Of a DNA stretch of 64,000 nucleotides, positions 62,905 to 64,000 are shown piece after piece. The translations under genes and the position numbers were made by a program. Every line of letters begins with the position of its first letter. The first letter of the stretch is position 1. The notes below the pieces were generated by a model. It did no database searches. It was given only the letters and a program-made list of their open reading frames with translations, and had not been told where the DNA came from. The stretch is from Gemmatimonadales bacterium (lineage in GTDB: Bacteria > Gemmatimonadota > Gemmatimonadetes > Gemmatimonadales > GWC2-71-9), in the NCBI GenBank assembly GCA_035538515.1, contig DATLKF010000007.1, positions 131,438 through 195,437 of the forward strand. The letters run 5' to 3'.

Positions 62905-63783
62905 GTGGTTCTCAACCCTGCCGCCGGACGTGGTGCCGCGGCGCGCGCGCTCGATCCGGTGGCTCGGGAGTTCCGGCGTCAGGGATGGTCGGTGGAGGTC
63001 GAGCGGACCGCCGGACCCGGACACGCCGCGGAGCTGGCGGCGCGCGCGGCCGCAGCGGGCGCCGCGCGAATCGTCGCGGTGGGGGGGGATGGCACGGTCC
63101 ACGAGGTGGCGAACGGACTGCTGCGGCAGGGTGGTGCAGCGGCCCTCGGCGTGGTGCCGATCGGCAGCGGGAACGATTTCGCGAAGCTCGTTGGCGTGTT
63201 TCGCCACAGCCCGGCGCGGGCCGTCCGCCGGCTCGTCACCTCGCAGACGATGACGTTCGATGTCGGCCGCGTGGGCGGTGAGTACTTTGTGAACAGCATG
63301 GGCGTGGGGTTCGGCCCGGCGGTGATCCGTGTCCGGAACGGGATGCCGGGGTTATCCGGTTTCGCCTCGTACCTCGTGCCCGTCGTGCGCGCGTTCGCCG
63401 GGTTCCGACCGCCGCGGCTCGAGATTCGAGCGCCTGGTTTCTCGGAGACGGGGTACATGATGATGGTCGAAGTCTGCAACGGCACCACGGCGGGGGGCAG
63501 CTATCGGTTCGCTCCCGATGCGCAGCCGGCCGACGGCCGCCTCGATCTGTGTCTGGTGCGGCGGGTGTCCCTGCCGCGCTTCCTGATCGCGGTTCCGCGT
63601 GTGATGCGTGGGACGCACGCGACCATGCGTGAAGTCGCGCTGTTTCAAACGCGCGAAGTGACCATTCGATCGCTCGACGGCCCGCTGCCACTGCATCTAG
63701 ACGGCGAGCTGCGCGAGCCGGAGGCGGTGGAGTGCACAGCGCGTATCGAGCCGGCGCGGCTCAAGGTGATGGTGCCGCGATGA
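62905..63783 (+). CDS. diacylglycerol kinase-family lipid kinase (YegS/BmrU-like)
   Basis: VLNPAAGRG, AVGGDGTVHEVANGL and PIGSGNDFA motifs. Start inferred at GTG 62905. The upstream part of ORF 61987.. overlaps the lipoprotein gene. Confidence 0.8.
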   Translation: MVLNPAAGRGAAARALDPVAREFRRQGWSVEVERTAGPGHAAELAARAAAAGAARIVAVGGDGTVHEVANGLLRQGGAAALGVVPIGSGNDFAKLVGVFRHSPARAVRRLVTSQTMTFDVGRVGGEYFVNSMGVGFGPAVIRVRNGMPGLSGFASYLVPVVRAFAGFRPPRLEIRAPGFSETGYMMMVEVCNGTTAGGSYRFAPDAQPADGRLDLCLVRRVSLPRFLIAVPRVMRGTHATMREVALFQTREVTIRSLDGPLPLHLDGELREPEAVECTARIEPARLKVMVPR

Positions 63784-64000
63784 GTCGGACGGGCGGACGG
63801 TCGGACCGTCGGAAGGTGGCAGCGTGGGTCGTCCTCACTGCCGTTCTGTCCTTCTGTCCGACCGTCCGACTGTCCGCCCAGAACGACACGACTCCTCCTC
63901 CCGTCGTCACGACGGGAGCCCTCGTGGTCCCCACCGACACATCTCACCGCGTACGCCCGATGGGCGCTTTCTTTCGGTCCCTGCTCGTGCCGGGATGGGG
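63780..64000 (+). CDS. hypothetical secreted protein (3' end outside window)
   Basis: ATG 63780 forms an ATGA overlap with the upstream stop. The frame is open to the window end. N-terminus MSRTGGRSDRRKVAAWVVLTAVLSFCPTVRLSAQ looks like a signal peptide. Not in the ORF track because no stop is reached. Confidence 0.4.
   Translation, partial: MSRTGGRSDRRKVAAWVVLTAVLSFCPTVRLSAQNDTTPPPVVTTGALVVPTDTSHRVRPMGAFFRSLLVPGW
63784..63879. repeat. Octamer-unit palindrome (GTCGGACS / SGTCCGAC) inside the 5' end of the last ORF
   Basis: The left arm 63784-63813 (GTCGGACGGGCGGACGGTCGGACCGTCGGA) pairs with the right arm 63846-63879 (TCTGTCCTTCTGTCCGACCGTCCGACTGTCCGCC). About 21 of 25 core positions are complementary. 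Confidence 0.85.

Overview
This is 64 kb of a very GC-rich bacterial chromosome (roughly 70% GC by eye, not computed). It is gene-dense and mostly housekeeping. Long co-directional gene runs are joined by 1-nt or 4-nt start/stop overlaps. Recognisable content, in order:
- mutL (partial), miaA, bshA, a UbiA-family prenyltransferase, uppP, birA
- a four-helix-bundle (23S rRNA IVS protein family) gene, coaX, a second UbiA-like gene
- an NlpC/P60 hydrolase, then CIRCE-groES-groEL
- a HEAT-like protein and an HD-GYP protein
- a minus-strand operon: Roadblock, response regulator, two NDP-sugar enzymes, Ser/Thr kinase
- serS, a histidine kinase, uvrD/pcrA, gatCAB
- a zinc PLC-like protein, murA, pgeF
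- rimP-nusA-ylxQ-like-infB-DUF503-rbfA-truB-ribF, secDF, tatD, fhs, ridA, an M20 peptidase
- tRNA-Sec
- a complete aspartate-to-threonine cluster (thrB-thrA-thrC divergent from asd)
- a DAG-kinase-family lipid kinase

I saw no rRNA, CRISPR array, transposase, integrase or recognisable defence system. The lineage guess (Gemmatimonadota-like) rests only on composition and gene content and is unverified.

The most unusual signals:
1. A family of palindromes whose arms are tandem arrays of 7-10 nt units. There are at least 9 loci. They exactly fill intergenic spacers and sometimes run into coding sequence.
2. One of these palindromes carries the lower-GC four-helix-bundle gene in its loop.
3. tRNA-Sec is followed about 410 bp later by a 48-nt direct repeat of its own 3' half. 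The repeats enclose a truncated ECF sigma fragment, which looks like a decayed integrative-element scar.
4. A secreted protein has His/Met spacing like PHM/DBH copper monooxygenases and a Met/His-rich tail.
5. Terminator-like hairpins sit in the leaders of the rimP-nusA-infB operon and the thr operon.

Many six-frame ORFs are antisense or out-of-frame artefacts of the high GC content and were not called. Start codons are inferred and often uncertain.
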